Source of the DNA: Setoptus koraiensis
Lineage: Eukaryota; Animalia; Arthropoda
Assembly: GCA_048013815.1 (NCBI GenBank)
Contig: CM106586.1
Location: 13,950,001 to 14,014,000, forward strand
DNA length: 64,000 bases
Direction of reading: 5' to 3'
Under the pieces are notes generated by a model. That model had not been told where the DNA came from. It ran no database searches and was given only the letters and a program-made list of their open reading frames with translations. Position numbers and translations under genes: made by a program. Positions 38,901 to 52,310 of this stretch are shown piece after piece. The stretch's first letter is position 1. Each line of letters begins with the position of its first letter.

Positions 38901-41900
38901 ATGGTAATCCGAACAGCACAGAGTCAACAAACGCAATTCTTGTGGATAAACCAGCGAACGGGGGCCCGGACGAAAGAATAAACAGTGGCCAGAATGAATA
39001 ATAATAATAATAATAATCTAGTCTCGTGTCTTGTGTGCCGGCCATTTGGCGGTGCCGCTTGGCGCCGTTTGGCCGCCCATCATCGAGCAGCGATAATCGT
39101 CATCACTACTTTGGGGCCACTTTCGGCCCCCACCGGCCCCCGCCGGCCCCAGTCGGCCGGTCGCGCACCTCACACACGAATCGGCCTAATCTTGTGCCGG
39201 AAAATGATTGCTTGCTTGTGTCGACTTTTACCTTTTGCCGGCCCGCTCCCCTCTGTCATCGTGTCGCTCGGTCTGCCGTATTATAATGGCCGCCGCTGCG
39301 GCTCGTGTTTGTTTGTGCGATCGGGGCCCGAGATTGCGATTATAATTGCAGTTGTACTTGCGAGATGATTGGGGATTATTTTGGCATTGTTTTGATTTTA
39401 TTTATCGCCGCCGCCGACAACAATCAGCATGCCGGCGGGCCGCACAATCGCAAGACGGTCAAATCAGAGCGGCGCGGCTCGGACCAAATCGATCGATTTG
39501 GGCGCACGCCGGCGTGTTGTGCGGCCAGAGCCACCAATTTCGCCCAATATCAATAAGATAACTCAAATGGCCCCATATCCAATGGCCAATGAGATAATGC
39601 CGCCGAGATAATGCCCATACGACAATGCCCATTTGGCGCTGCCAATAGCCTGTCGGCCTATCGGCGCCACCATCGGCGGCCATGCCAACAAGATAATGCC
39701 CGAGCATCAAATGGCAACACGATAACGGCGCCGCACGATGCGGATAAACGCGGATCCGCGGGCCCGGGGAGCGAGCATAAGACAAGTAGTTCATATCTGA
39801 TGATATGATTCTCGTGTGTCGTCAATTGGACAAACAGCCAGTCTCCCACCGCCGGCAACTTATCCGCTTATCCGCTGGCGGCTCGCGGGTGCCGGGCCGG
39901 ACCGGTCGTGGGTCGTGTTTGTTTTTGTTTGTTTCCGCGGCCGGCCGCTACACCGACAACAATGAGCGTCGGTGGGTGGCCTGTTGATTTGGCCGCTGTG
40001 GCCATTGTGATCTGTGATTTGCTTTGGGCGCTTACATAATTTGTTGTTGCGAAATGTTGTTGCGTGAGTAGAGCCCATACAGCGCCCCATTGGACAAACA
40101 TTGGCGGCGCCACAACAACAGCAATAATTCTTTCCACACAAACACACTGACCGGCCGGCCGCTAGTTACGTCATTTCAAGTGACGCAATGTTTCGCCCAG
40201 GTGAGCCACCTTTAATTGGTGTGGTGGTTGTAAACACACACACACACACACACGCTGTGTCGCGGACAAAGTGACCGAGTGGTTTATTGTGGCGCGCGCG
40301 GCCGGCCCGGCCGCGACCATTAACAGCGCGCAACCGGGCATCGCAATTGCCCAACGTTGCGTCATCAGCGTCAGTTTTACCTCAGTTTACCTGCAACTTG
40401 CAACTTGTCGGCCACAAGTATACGCAATAATAATAATTGGTTTTGAGCTTCGGATCCAATGTCAGCCGTTGCTGTTGGGGGGGGAAGGGGCCAGTTGTGG
40501 CGCGAGTTGCAACTCGCGCAACTTTTTTTTTATCATCAATTTCATCGGCAACTCGCCAGATATGACATAATACAACATGACACGACACGATTAGACAAAT
40601 TGTGCTCACAATGTGTCCGCCACAACCGACTCGGCTCAGTTGTCGGCCCGCTTCACGCCCACCGGCCGCCATCGGGCCCAATGTGGCAACAATTGTGGCC
40701 CAATTGCGCGCTGGCACGCGGTTGTTTTCTTTCGGCGTCGGGCCAGCCGACTCACGAAATACCGACCGGCTCGCTCACAAAATACCGACCGACACTAACG
40801 TTCGAGTATAGTGTGCAGGTCGCCGCAGTGCCGGCCCGGCCCCCTGTGGCGACCCGCACCGGCCGCAAACTGCAGTGCGAGAGGCGACGACCGTTAAATT
40901 TAGGTGCGCGCCGTGGGCAATTTTTTCGCAACAATTTGTGCACAACAACAATAATTTGCTCCGTTTTTATTAATCATCCTGTGTGTCGTCGCTAATTTGG
41001 GGCCCGTAATAATCTTACCGTGCGGCCCGTTGTGGCGCGCTCCGCGCGCGCCCGCCACTTGAGGTCATCGCCAGGGGCGCGGCTCAAATTGTCACCGGTC
41101 ATTGGGCAATAAGTGCACTGCGGCTCACTTATGTAATGTGCCGGCCGGCCGGCCGGCCGCGAGTCACTCGCGGACAACTGTGCAAATTGCGCCAATTGCA
41201 AGACAGCCAGCCGAGACACATTACATAATAAAAGCTTAGTACGGGCAATGCTCAATAGGGCCGGTGTAATGAACAGTGTCGATAATGATTGCGCAACCTG
41301 TCAGATTTAATGCGATGCGATCCGATGATCGCCCTTGTTCATGCTCGCCGCCCACGCACACTGGCCCACTATTGTTCGGCGCAGTGTCTGGCAACTGTGC
41401 CAAACACTGTGTGCAGAGGCACCACCGTCGACAAAAAGCGAACGATCGTTAGCCAACTTCCGGTTCACGCTCCCCATTCATTGGCTTGCATGCACTGGCT
41501 CGTAATTTGGCTTTGTGCGCGCCGTTATGCACAATTGTCATACTTTGTCGCAAACACAAAAAGTTTGTGACAAAGTGACATCTTTTATCCGATATTCGTG
41601 TGGCGGCAGCGTGCGTCTCATTGCAAAGTCATCGATAATTTATGCGAGCTCGCCCGACCAGATGCCGACCACTTGTACCTGGCGGCGCCACTTTCGGTGC
41701 GGCACGCAGCGGCCGGGGGGCGCCCACTGGCCGGCGCCGCGGCGCGCACAAGATAAACGACAAATTTGCAGGCGACAAGCGGCGGTCGGGTTAGACGGCG
41801 GGCGCGTCGCCTAACTCGGACGAGCGGCGCGCGGCTTGCAACGGGAACTGTCGTCATCATTACGTGGCATAATAAAATAAATTGGCGCTGCCGGTGCCGC

Positions 41901-43153
41901 ATTGTTGTTGCGGTCGCCGTGAACTACGAATAACACGACCGAGAGCATTATGTAACCGGGCGACATCAATTTGGGCGCTACGTGTGCGTCTGGCGATGAA
42001 AGGGGGCGCTATTTTTGGGCCGGCGCCAGCCGGACAAGTTGTGCGCGTTGCACGAGCAGCTACGGGGGCCAGCCAATTGAATTGAATAAATTATCAATTG
42101 TGGCGCTCGTTGGCTCGCTACAAATGATTAAATACATATTTCAATTGTGTCTGACAGTCGCGAGATGCGGCCGGCCGGCCGCGCCGGCTACAGTCGCGGT
42201 TGTCGGCGCAGTGGCACTGGCCGCTATGGTCGCAAAAACTGCGCCCGTTGCCGACCGGGCGGCCTAATGATGGGCCCCGTCGCGCGGGTTTGCCGGGTGG
42301 CACAGCCGCACCCGATCAAAAACAAATGCCATTGGCCAGTGTCGGCGCGCTGTGCCAGCGGTCGGCCAGGTTGGCGCGCTTGATCGGGCGGCCGCGCCGC
42401 GCGGGCCAGCCACAATTGTAGAGACAGTTGTAGTCGAATTGGCAGTCGGCGGTTGTACGGGTCTTGTTTATGTTGTTGTTGGTCGCTCGTCGTGTCGCCG
42501 GCCCGCTGCTCGCTGCCAGCAACATCGATGGCGATGATTTGCGCAAACTGGCGCCACAAGCGCGCCAGCTAGTTGGCCGGCGGTGGCGGCCCAAAGTGGT
42601 GCCCGGCGACGGCCGAATGTGGGGCCAGCGGGCGACCGAAAGTGGGGTCCGGCGGGCGACGTTGCTCGCTTGGCTGCTTTGTGTGTCGGGTTGTGTGCCT
42701 GCTAACGGCATATATCAAATTACTCGCTCATTTGTGGCGCTTGTCTTGTGTGCGCGCTCGAGTGCCCGACTAACGCGCGGCGCCGCCAGTCGGCCCGGCC
42801 TAGGTACACCGCGCGTACCGTACACGACGGGCGCGGACGCGGACAGTTGTAGCGGCGAGACTTGTCAAAAACTTGTCCGACGGCCGCCGCACAACAATGG
42901 CAACAACGAGCCGCGCGTTGCAAATGATGCAAACGACAACAACAATGCGACAATCCGCGCCGCCGACCGACCGTCCGACAAATTGCCGGCGAGCGCATTT
43001 GCACCTGAGGCTGCTGGTCGCGCGGGCAGTTACGTCGGCGCCAGTTGTGACGTAACTGCTGGCTGGTCGATTTTAATGGTGGTCACTTTACACGCTCAGC
43101 CGCATCACAGGCACTTTGATTAGCATAAAGATAATAGCGCGCCATCATCATTA

Positions 43154-43239
43154 CTGGCCAGCTCGTGGCAAACACGAGCTGCCCGCTGAAACGCCTGCCA
43201 CGAGCTGCCCAACTGAAGCGCCTGCCACGAGCTGGCCAG
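43154..43239. repeat. Perfect 17-bp inverted repeat enclosing a 27-nt tandem repeat
   Basis: ctggccagctcgtggca (43154-43170) / tgccacgagctggccag (43223-43239). The spacer holds two further cacgagctgccc copies. Confidence 0.9.
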
Positions 43240-46200
43240 CGTTGAAACGGTGAATATCGGCACACAAACACACAGTGACGCAATTTTGGGGCGCAAATAA
43301 ACAAACTGTCGCAAACAACAACAAATCACCTGCAGCGACGCCAGCGCCGACGGGCGATGCCGCGCCAATTACCGTCGCCGCCAATCTATGCTAATCTACT
43401 GCACTGCGTTGCGCGCGGATGCGCCAGTGGCCCATGTTGCGCAACCAATAATGGCGACAAGCAACTGTCAAACGGGCACCGCTGGCTGCGCGCTAATAAT
43501 ACCCGCCGCGCTAAAACAACATGTCGCACGGGTATCCGCTTATGACCGTTGACGCGGCCAGATATTGGCAGTCGGCCGTCATAAGCGGCGCCGCTGCATA
43601 TTCGGGCCGCCGCAGCCGCCGCCGCCGCCGAACGGGCAAGCCAAATTAAGTTTATCCGTCCGATTGAGATGTCATTTGAGACGGCTCTCACATTGTATTT
43701 CTCGGCACGTCTTGTCTTGGCGTGCGCCCAAACGCCGCCTGGCGAGGCCCCTCGCACCACAACGACCGGCTCACGTGAGCAGCCGGCTGGCCCTCTGGCG
43801 ATTCTGCAGCGGCACCACTAGCAGCCTATAGCGCAGGCCGGATATAAACGAAACGTAACGGAATTCCTGTCCACAAGTTGTCTTCCGATCCGCATCAACT
43901 TGTGCAGTTGCCAAACGCCTCGAGCCGCTGTCTGTTTCCGCGCCGCCATAGAGGGCGCTGTGCGGGCAATTAATGGCCCCACCCGCCATTACAATTGCCG
44001 ATCTTTCGGGGGGGGGGGGCAGGCGAAATAGATATAGAGGACGCGACAGCCAGTGGACGCACAACAACTCATTAGACGCGCTCTGGCGACGGGCGACGGG
44101 CAACGGGCGTATTAGCGGACATGGGCACATTAATCAAATATGCGCTCAATAACAACTTACCGACAATGCCCAGATATGTCGCCAATTGTCCGCCGTTGTC
44201 TCCTGTTATCTGCCGCCACTGCTGTCCGCTGTGATTGCGCCCAGTCGCGATTGGGGCCCAGCCGCAATTGGGGCCCCAGTCGCAGTTGTGGCACCAGTCG
44301 CAGTTGCGGCGCGCGTGTTCGTCGCATCCAGCGATGCGGCGGCCACTCGACACTCGACTTAATGTCCGGGCGGAACACGCCCCGCCCGTAGTCGGCGAGC
44401 GTCGGTCCGACTGGGACGTGTGTTTGCGTGCGCCGGTGCGCCCATGCGGCCATGAGTGAGTGGTTGGCCCGGATATATCTATTGGGACGGGATGGCGCGG
44501 GACAAGCGCGCGAGAAATGATGAGATTCCCGCTCGCTCGCTCGCTCGCTCCATATCTGGCAAGTGTGGGGCCCCTCCCCGACAACACAAGACAACAAGCG
44601 AGCCAACAAGAGATGACACGACAGCGGCTCGACGTGGCAGCCAAAAATTGGCCCACTTGCGATTAAATCAATGAGGGTGAACGCGCGCCACTCAAGCATA
44701 TCTGATCGGCAATGATTGTAGCCGGCGTTTGTGAGCCGGCAATGGGCAATGGGGCCCCTGCGCCGATCTCGAGTGACTTGATCCCTCGCCGGCATCACTC
44801 CGCCGCCGTGCCATTCGCTGTCCATATCCCAGGCCAGCCAACTATGCGCCCCGCCATCCATAGCCGTAGCTTAGCGCAGATAAGGCGCAGTCTATGCGCG
44901 CCAGACAGGCTGACATGGGGCCCCGGCCCCCGAATTGTAAAGCCACATTCAAACTGCTACTTGATAGCGGGATGCCTCAGTGGGCACACCCCCATGACTG
45001 TTTCAATTATTGTTGCGAGCGGCAACGGAATGAATGTGGCGCCACCCCCCCCCCCTTGCTATATATATCCAATATGGCCGATTGTGCAACTGCCATCAAG
45101 CTGCTTCATTGATTTTGTTTGTCCGTTACTGCTGCTCGCACACGAATCGGCACAATTCAGCACAATTCAGCACGATTCAGTACAATTCGGCGCAACGCAA
45201 TTCAGTGGGGCGCAATATCACCGGAAACGGCACAAAGGGTAGTCGAGCGGCGCTGGCGAGACGCGCGCAGGCTCATTTTTCACAACTTGTTTTCGGGCAC
45301 AACTTGCCGCCGGCCGGATGAAACGAGCCAACCAAAAAGTCCGGCCATTTATCACGAGATATCACTGCGCCCCAAATTTGCACAGATCGCCCATAACTGA
45401 TAACCGGCGCTGCGCAGTCCGCCGCTGGTGCACGCTGGCGCTTTCAAAAGTTTCAAACGCTGGCCGGCATAAACACGAGCCAGCTAATCGGGGGCCCACT
45501 TGCCATTGAGCGACCAAAAGTGGGCCTAAACAGCGTGCCCGCCGAAAAGCGCTGTCCGAGGGCTGAAGAGCGGCGAAAAGCTAGCTAGCGAGTTGTCGAT
45601 ATGCAAGCGATCGCCGACACGAAGCCGTCATGCGCGGCCCCAGCCACAGATGGCGCCACCACATCCGCAAACAAACCAGTAATATCTGACTGCTTGCTCG
45701 ACACAATTTGCGACACAATTTGAGACACGATTCGCGACACAATCCCACTGCGGAAAGATGCTGCCGGCAAGCGAGCGATCGGAAGTCGGCCAAGAGCGAG
45801 CGGCCGAGAAGAGCGACGGGAAGAGCCGTTGGACTATTGGAGCGGCGAAACAATGACGGGATATATAGAGCCAGAATGAATTTATTGTCTAATTGTCTAT
45901 ATCGATACAATAATCTAGCAATCAAACGTTGCAATGGCCGATAAGGCCGCCCAAACGACGATAATGGTCGACTTGTCATCGCTTCACTTGCTCCGTGCCT
46001 AATCACATTCTTGCCTATTCCTGGCAATAAATCGTGGCCCCCAAATGCCGGTCAGCCGACAAGTGGGCTGGCTGGCGTTGGCGCTGGCGTTCGGGCCGCC
46101 GTTCGGGCCGCCGTTCGGGCCGCCGTTCGGGCTGGCGAGACACGGGGCGCGGCAAATTGCACGTTGCTGGCGAGCGCAGTTTGTCGCGAGTCGATGCAAG

Positions 46201-47522
46201 TGGATAATAGCTATTTATTGCTATTATCCACTCGCTCTATCGATAGTTTCGCGCTGTCGCCGGTTGGTCGCCGGTTGGTCGCCGGTTCGGTCGCTCGTTC
46301 GGTCGCTCGTTCGGTCGCTCGTTCGGTCGCTAGTCGGACGGGCGGCCCGACGGCTCGTTGCGGCCCGACGGGCGGGAGCAAGTGAGCGTGAATTCTCGCT
46401 CGTTCGGCGCGCTCCCAGGGCCAGCGCGGCACATTTTTTAGGGACTTCTTCGGGTAGTGTTAGGGATGTTGTGCGGGGCGGAAATTGGGCAGGCGAGCGG
46501 CCGGCCCGGATGCCGACGCCGGCGCTAATAACAATGTGTGTGCGTGATAATGGCAGGCCCAGGGACGTAAATCATCGCCAATAACAAGTTGATTTGGTTT
46601 GGTTTGGTTGGTGTGTGTGAGATATGGCTTATTAGCGACTTGATGCGACTTGCGGTCGCTGCGAGCGCGTTCGAAGGGCGAATCGCATTTGCGAATCGCA
46701 TTTGGGCGTCATTTGAGCGCCACTTGAGCGCCATTTGAGCGCCGTCCGCCGAGCCATTTGGCAGCCCGTTGCCCGAATATCCCAAACCCGCAACAAATTC
46801 AATGGAATTTTGCGAGATTCCGCGCCGATCCAATGGGACCGACGATGATTCAATTGGACTCAATTGGAGCAAACAACTGGCAGGCAGCACGGCGGCGCGG
46901 ACAGTGACAGAGACCCGCGATAAAGCCGCACGACAGGGCAACAAATCAATAAATGAGACAAAATAAGATGCTTGAGACTTGCCATTGAGGCGAAATCTCA
47001 CACAAATCTCTCTCTCTCGCACTCGGTGATATATCCGTGCCGCGTTATCTAATTCTTTTCCCGTTGGCCGCGAGCCGCGTTGGCGCCGCCCGAGACGCGG
47101 GATCGCGCAACGCAGACACAGAGCGCCCAGAGAGGAGCCAGCGCAATATCAGACGCGATGGAAACAAGTACAATAATTCAAAGCGGCCCGATAATGCAAC
47201 ATTGTCACCGAGTTGCTACAATAAAGCGACTTGATCTGGGCAATAAATCAATCAGCCCAATTGGAGCCGGCTCACCTACTGGCCGCGTCACCGCCAATGT
47301 CGGCCGCTAATGCCCGTCTAAGCGCGCGGCGCGGCGCCGGAACTCGCCAGACCGTCACATGGTCGCACAGCCAGATAGTGGCACAGTCAGATAGTCACAC
47401 AGTCAGATGGTCACACAGTCAGATGGTCGGATAGTCGTGCCTGCGGTGCCTCTGGCGGCCTCATCGCCGGGCTCCGGCCCGCTCCACCGCGTAGCGGCTG
47501 CGGCTGTCTTGCGAGCGGCGGT

Positions 47523-47592
47523 CCGACTAGCGGCCCGAGTGCCTGAATGGGCGGCCCGACTAGCGGCCCGAGTGCCTGAATGGGCGGCCCGA
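47523..47592. repeat. 33-nt tandem duplication
   Basis: ccgactagcggcccgagtgcctgaatgggcggc x2. Confidence 0.95.
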
Positions 47593-49956
47593 GTGGCCGA
47601 AAAGGCGGCCCGAATGGCTGAAAAGTGCCGGGCGCGCACCTTCCGCTGGCGGCATTGGCACAAATTGTGGGCCACACGGCACGGCGCGGTAGGCGCAACG
47701 ATTTGATGCAATCAACGGTTGTAGCTGGCCGCTGGCTCCAATCAATTTGCTGCAAATCAGTCACACAGCGCGACATCCAAATCAATCTGTATCGGCGACT
47801 GTCACGGGCGCCGACCCGTCGGCCGAACATGACCGCCAATTGCGGCAAGTGAGGCCAGATAAACGCCGGACAGACAGGCAAATTCCAAATGAAAACGCAA
47901 GCAAACTAAAATCAATTGAATAAACCAAGCGACCCGGGCAAACGCGGCGCCGGGCCCCAGCGCACAAACAAACTGTTGTTTGTGCGACGCGCGCCACCCA
48001 GATTAGGCAGGGCGCCAGCGTCGAGCGCGAAATCAATTACTCTGGCTTTCGACGGCCCCCGCGCGCGAATTACTGCGCGATATCTTGTGCCTGGCGCCGG
48101 TTACCTCGTGCCTCGTACATCTTGCGTATGTAGTGGTCAGTCGTCGTAGAGTCGTAATAGTTGCTCGATGCTGGCCGCCCGCTATTAGTTGCTGGCGCCC
48201 GCCAGTGGGTGCCGTTTTGGGCCTCACCGCTGCGGCTGCTGGGCCGGCTCTGGGGCGAAAATCGCCCAAAAGAGCTGTAAACTGGCCAGTTATGCCAGTG
48301 CGACACACAGCTAACCACTAATTGGGTTTGGGCGCTCTTCGGGGGCCCGCCGCTCGGCCGGCAGCGCCGCCAGTGGGGCCAGTCGGTGCCAGCGGGGCCA
48401 GTCGGTGACTCTGTGTACAGGACAGCGAATTGCGTCATGCTGTCACACTAACGATAAACGGACTGTATGATGCAACGAGCAGCGAGCGACTTCCAATCGA
48501 TGCAATGAATTGATTATGTTTGGCGCCTCGGCCGCAAGTCGCTGCGAGCTGGACGCAAAACGCAAACCTGGGCCCAGCGGCAAACGGGTATCGCAAGGTG
48601 AGGTATTGAGGCACAGTTGGGCACAATCTGTGTGCTGCAATTGCTGCCAACGAATGAGCCGCGCGGTGACCGGCCAATTCAATCATCGGCAGCGGCAGCA
48701 GAGAATCACGAATTGAATGATACGATCAAAATGAGTGAGCCAAATGCCCAAATAAATCCAAATAGCCATTGAGCTATTGGGCAATTTGGCGAACGCGCTC
48801 GATGAGCACCGTTATGGCCGGCAATTGCCAATAGCATCTTTGCCACGAGCAAACGGCCGGCCGTGCTCGTGGCAACGACGGCGATCTTGTTGCGTAATGC
48901 GCCGCCAGACCAAAACAATTTCGATTAAAAAAAGCGGACACACGAACGCGTTTTATCGCAGCGTCGTGTTTTGTGTGTGTGTGTGTCCGGCTTGCAGCGC
49001 GGGCCAATTGATTTGCGATAAAGCAAAACGCCGGCCAAACGTCGAGCTGGCCGAACCGGCCCGCTCGAGCGCGGATTCCGGCTGGCGGGTTCGGTTTGGC
49101 GATGTAACGCATTGTTGTTGTTGGTGTGCGCCCATTTAGAATTATAGCCACCAGCGTTGCGGACTGTGGCGCAAGCGAGCGCCGGATAAACAATGAAACA
49201 ACAACAACGACAACAGCAACAACAACAACGACAACGACAGCAACAGCAACAGCAACAACAACGACAACAACAACAGCAACAACAACAACGACAACGACAA
49301 ATTACGCATATCATGTTGCTGCAACGCACATAACGAATACAATATAACGAAGCGCGCGCCAATTGCGATCGCGGGCCCCACTCGCGTCGCCATTATCCGC
49401 CGTTATTATTTAATACACACATAATATACGCAGTAACGTAATACATGTCCGACATGCCACATACGCGCTATGTAGGCGCATTACATGCATCATTACCTGT
49501 GCTTGTGCCGGCGCTGTCGTTGTTGTCGTTGGCGTTGTTGTCGTTGGCGTTGCTGTCGTTGTTGCTGTCGCTGTCGAGCTCGCCGGCAAGCCAATTGGCC
49601 CCAACAACAAATAGCTGACTGAATCGTTTCAAAATTGGCCTCTTTGGGCGCCCATCGCGCCAAGTTGTAGCCAGCGGTCAGCACACTGTTACTATCTATA
49701 CATATTGTATATACATACTGTATATATATGCTGCATATAAACTGTTGTATACGTAATATATGTATGGCAGAGGGCGATCGGTATGGCCCAAAACTGTTTT
49801 ACAAAACTGTCCTCATGACTCACGACTCGCGACTCATGACTCATGACCGTCATAAGCGCGCGCGTTACGTAATACCTGGTGCTCGGCGTTGGTCAGCAGC
49901 AGCGGCGGCACTTGTTTGGTTGTTTGTAAATCCAATAATACACATAAAAATGCACT

Positions 49957-49960
<4 letters not shown>

Positions 49961-50014
<54 letters not shown>
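49961..50014. repeat. (CA)n microsatellite
   Basis: Direct dinucleotide run; many shorter (CA/TG)n runs occur throughout. Confidence 0.97.
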
Positions 50015-50016
<2 letters not shown>

Positions 50017-51747
50017 TACACACAAAAGCGTATTACGTAATCAGTGATTGTTTGTTTTGTCAATAAGCGAGTCAATAAGCCGCCAGCTACCAGCGTGAGC
50101 TGCCTACATGAAATTCGCATTTGCTGCCCGGGGGCGGCCCACTCTCAGCTGACCGGCCGGCCGGCCGGCTCCCCGCCGAGAGATGGCGCCAGCCACTGGC
50201 AACATTTCAGCCGGTGCACCACGTTCAACCGCAGCACCCGCTCAACTGTCCGCGTTGGGCCCCACAATTTCTCTCGCTGTCTCGCTGTCTGGCCTTGCTT
50301 TGCTTGTTTGTGGTCAGTGACAAGTTTGCGCGCGCGGTGCATTTAAACGCTCATGGCGCCACTAGCGACCAACACAATGAATTAGGCAATAAAATAAGTA
50401 GAAAAAGGCAACATTATGCGATAATAATGATGTAATAATCATAATAACAATGGTAATAATGCCATAATGATGATGATAGTAGGCACACACACACAAATAC
50501 AAACAAAAATAAATTTAATTGTGATGGTTGGTGAGTTTGTTTGTTTGTTCGCAGAGGTAACAATAGCAATATTGAGAGTACTTGTGCCAGTGTTGATGAC
50601 CATGGCGCCAGTAATGGTTTGAATAAAGTAGCAGCTGATATGCAAATTAACGCCCGGCCGTTTCCTGGCGAGTCCACCTATTTTCACTTCCTTTGTTGTT
50701 GTCGTCGTTGGTCCTCTCATACCTGCCATGTTGCAGTTGCCGGCGCAGTTGTGGTTGCTGTCGTTGTTGCTGCCGCTGTTGCTGCTGTTGTTGTTGTTGC
50801 TGTCGTTGTTGCTGCTGTCGTTGTTGCTGCTGTCGTTGTTGCTGCTGTTGTTGTTGTTGAAAATGGTAAACTACTGCCACTACAAGCAATTAGAGGAGGG
50901 CGACAGGTCACACCAAGTGTAAAGATTTTGAACGATAAGCCCCCGGCGGCCATTCGATCATTTTGACGACATGTTTTTGTTCTTAGCTGGTGCCCTTAGT
51001 CGCTTGTTAGTTGCTCGCTCGCTTGGCCGCTTTATCGCCTTTTTGTCCATCTCAAATGGTTCAATTGTGTCATTTGTGCCCGCCATGCCGCTTCATTTAT
51101 CCGTCAATTGTTCAAAGCTCTTGGCTGGCCATTGTTGTTTGGCCGACGGGCCGGTGCGCGCCGGGCCGGGCCGGATCTACTCGCACTCTTTGCTTAATTT
51201 GTTTAGCTCATATTTAGCTCGAAGGCCTTGCATAAGCCCGATGCTATAAGCACCATAATATAAGCCTGCCGTCATGTGTCATAGTTTGTTTGTGTATCCG
51301 CTACGCGCGCATTGTGTCGCCATTATGCTCGTCATTACGCTCATCATTACGGTGGCGACGGTCGGGCGTATGTCATGACTACTCATGAATGTGACAAGTG
51401 CCACAAACGACAACAACAACAACAACAACAACTGACAAATTTAAACACTAATCTAATAACTGGCTGAGCTGCAGCGAGCCGCTCAGGTGAGATAACGAAT
51501 ACGCAAACGCATACGCAGTTGAGCGGGCCCAAATTGCACAGTGGCTGGCAAGTGTTGAATGGTTGTCGCTAATTAACTTGTTTATTTATCTATCAATGCT
51601 CGGTTGTTGGTGTCGTTGTTGCTCGCTTGCGAGAAGCTGCAGCAGCAGCAACAGCAGCAACAACCAACAACCGACAACCGACAACCGAAATCAATGCCAT
51701 CCTGTCACCATTAGCCATTACCGGTCGAGCGCCGCCGGCCACTCTCG

Positions 51748-51748
<1 letters not shown>

Positions 51749-51804
<56 letters not shown>

Positions 51805-52213
51805 GCAACAACAATGACAACGACAACAACGACTCATTGCGACAACAACGACTCATTGCGACAACAACTACTCATGGCGACAACAACAACTCAATCGGCA
51901 CAACGACGACCACGCCAACTCGGCATTCATGAGGGCCTACAGACACACATGCAAACACTGCCAATTGAGTGGCCGACACAATGCTGCTGTTGTTGTTGTT
52001 ACGCAACCATTAATGAGTAATTATTCATCACTAATAGCACTTGAACACATTGTTGTCATTAGCAGTCGCTGTTATTAGCAAGATATCACTGTTGTGCTGT
52101 GCGTTTTGTGCCTGCTCGCCGGCCTCAGCGCCAAGTCAACTTTTGCGAGTCGCGACTCGCGACGACAGCCACAGCGCCGGCAACGCCGACAGCGACAGCA
52201 ACGCCGACAACAA

Positions 52214-52279
<66 letters not shown>

Positions 52280-52310
52280 CGCCGACAGCGACAACAACAA
52301 CGACAACGGC
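51749..52310. repeat. Two long (CAA)n-based microsatellite tracts (~51749-51815 and ~52206-52305)
   Basis: Direct trinucleotide runs with CAG/CGA variants. Confidence 0.95.
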
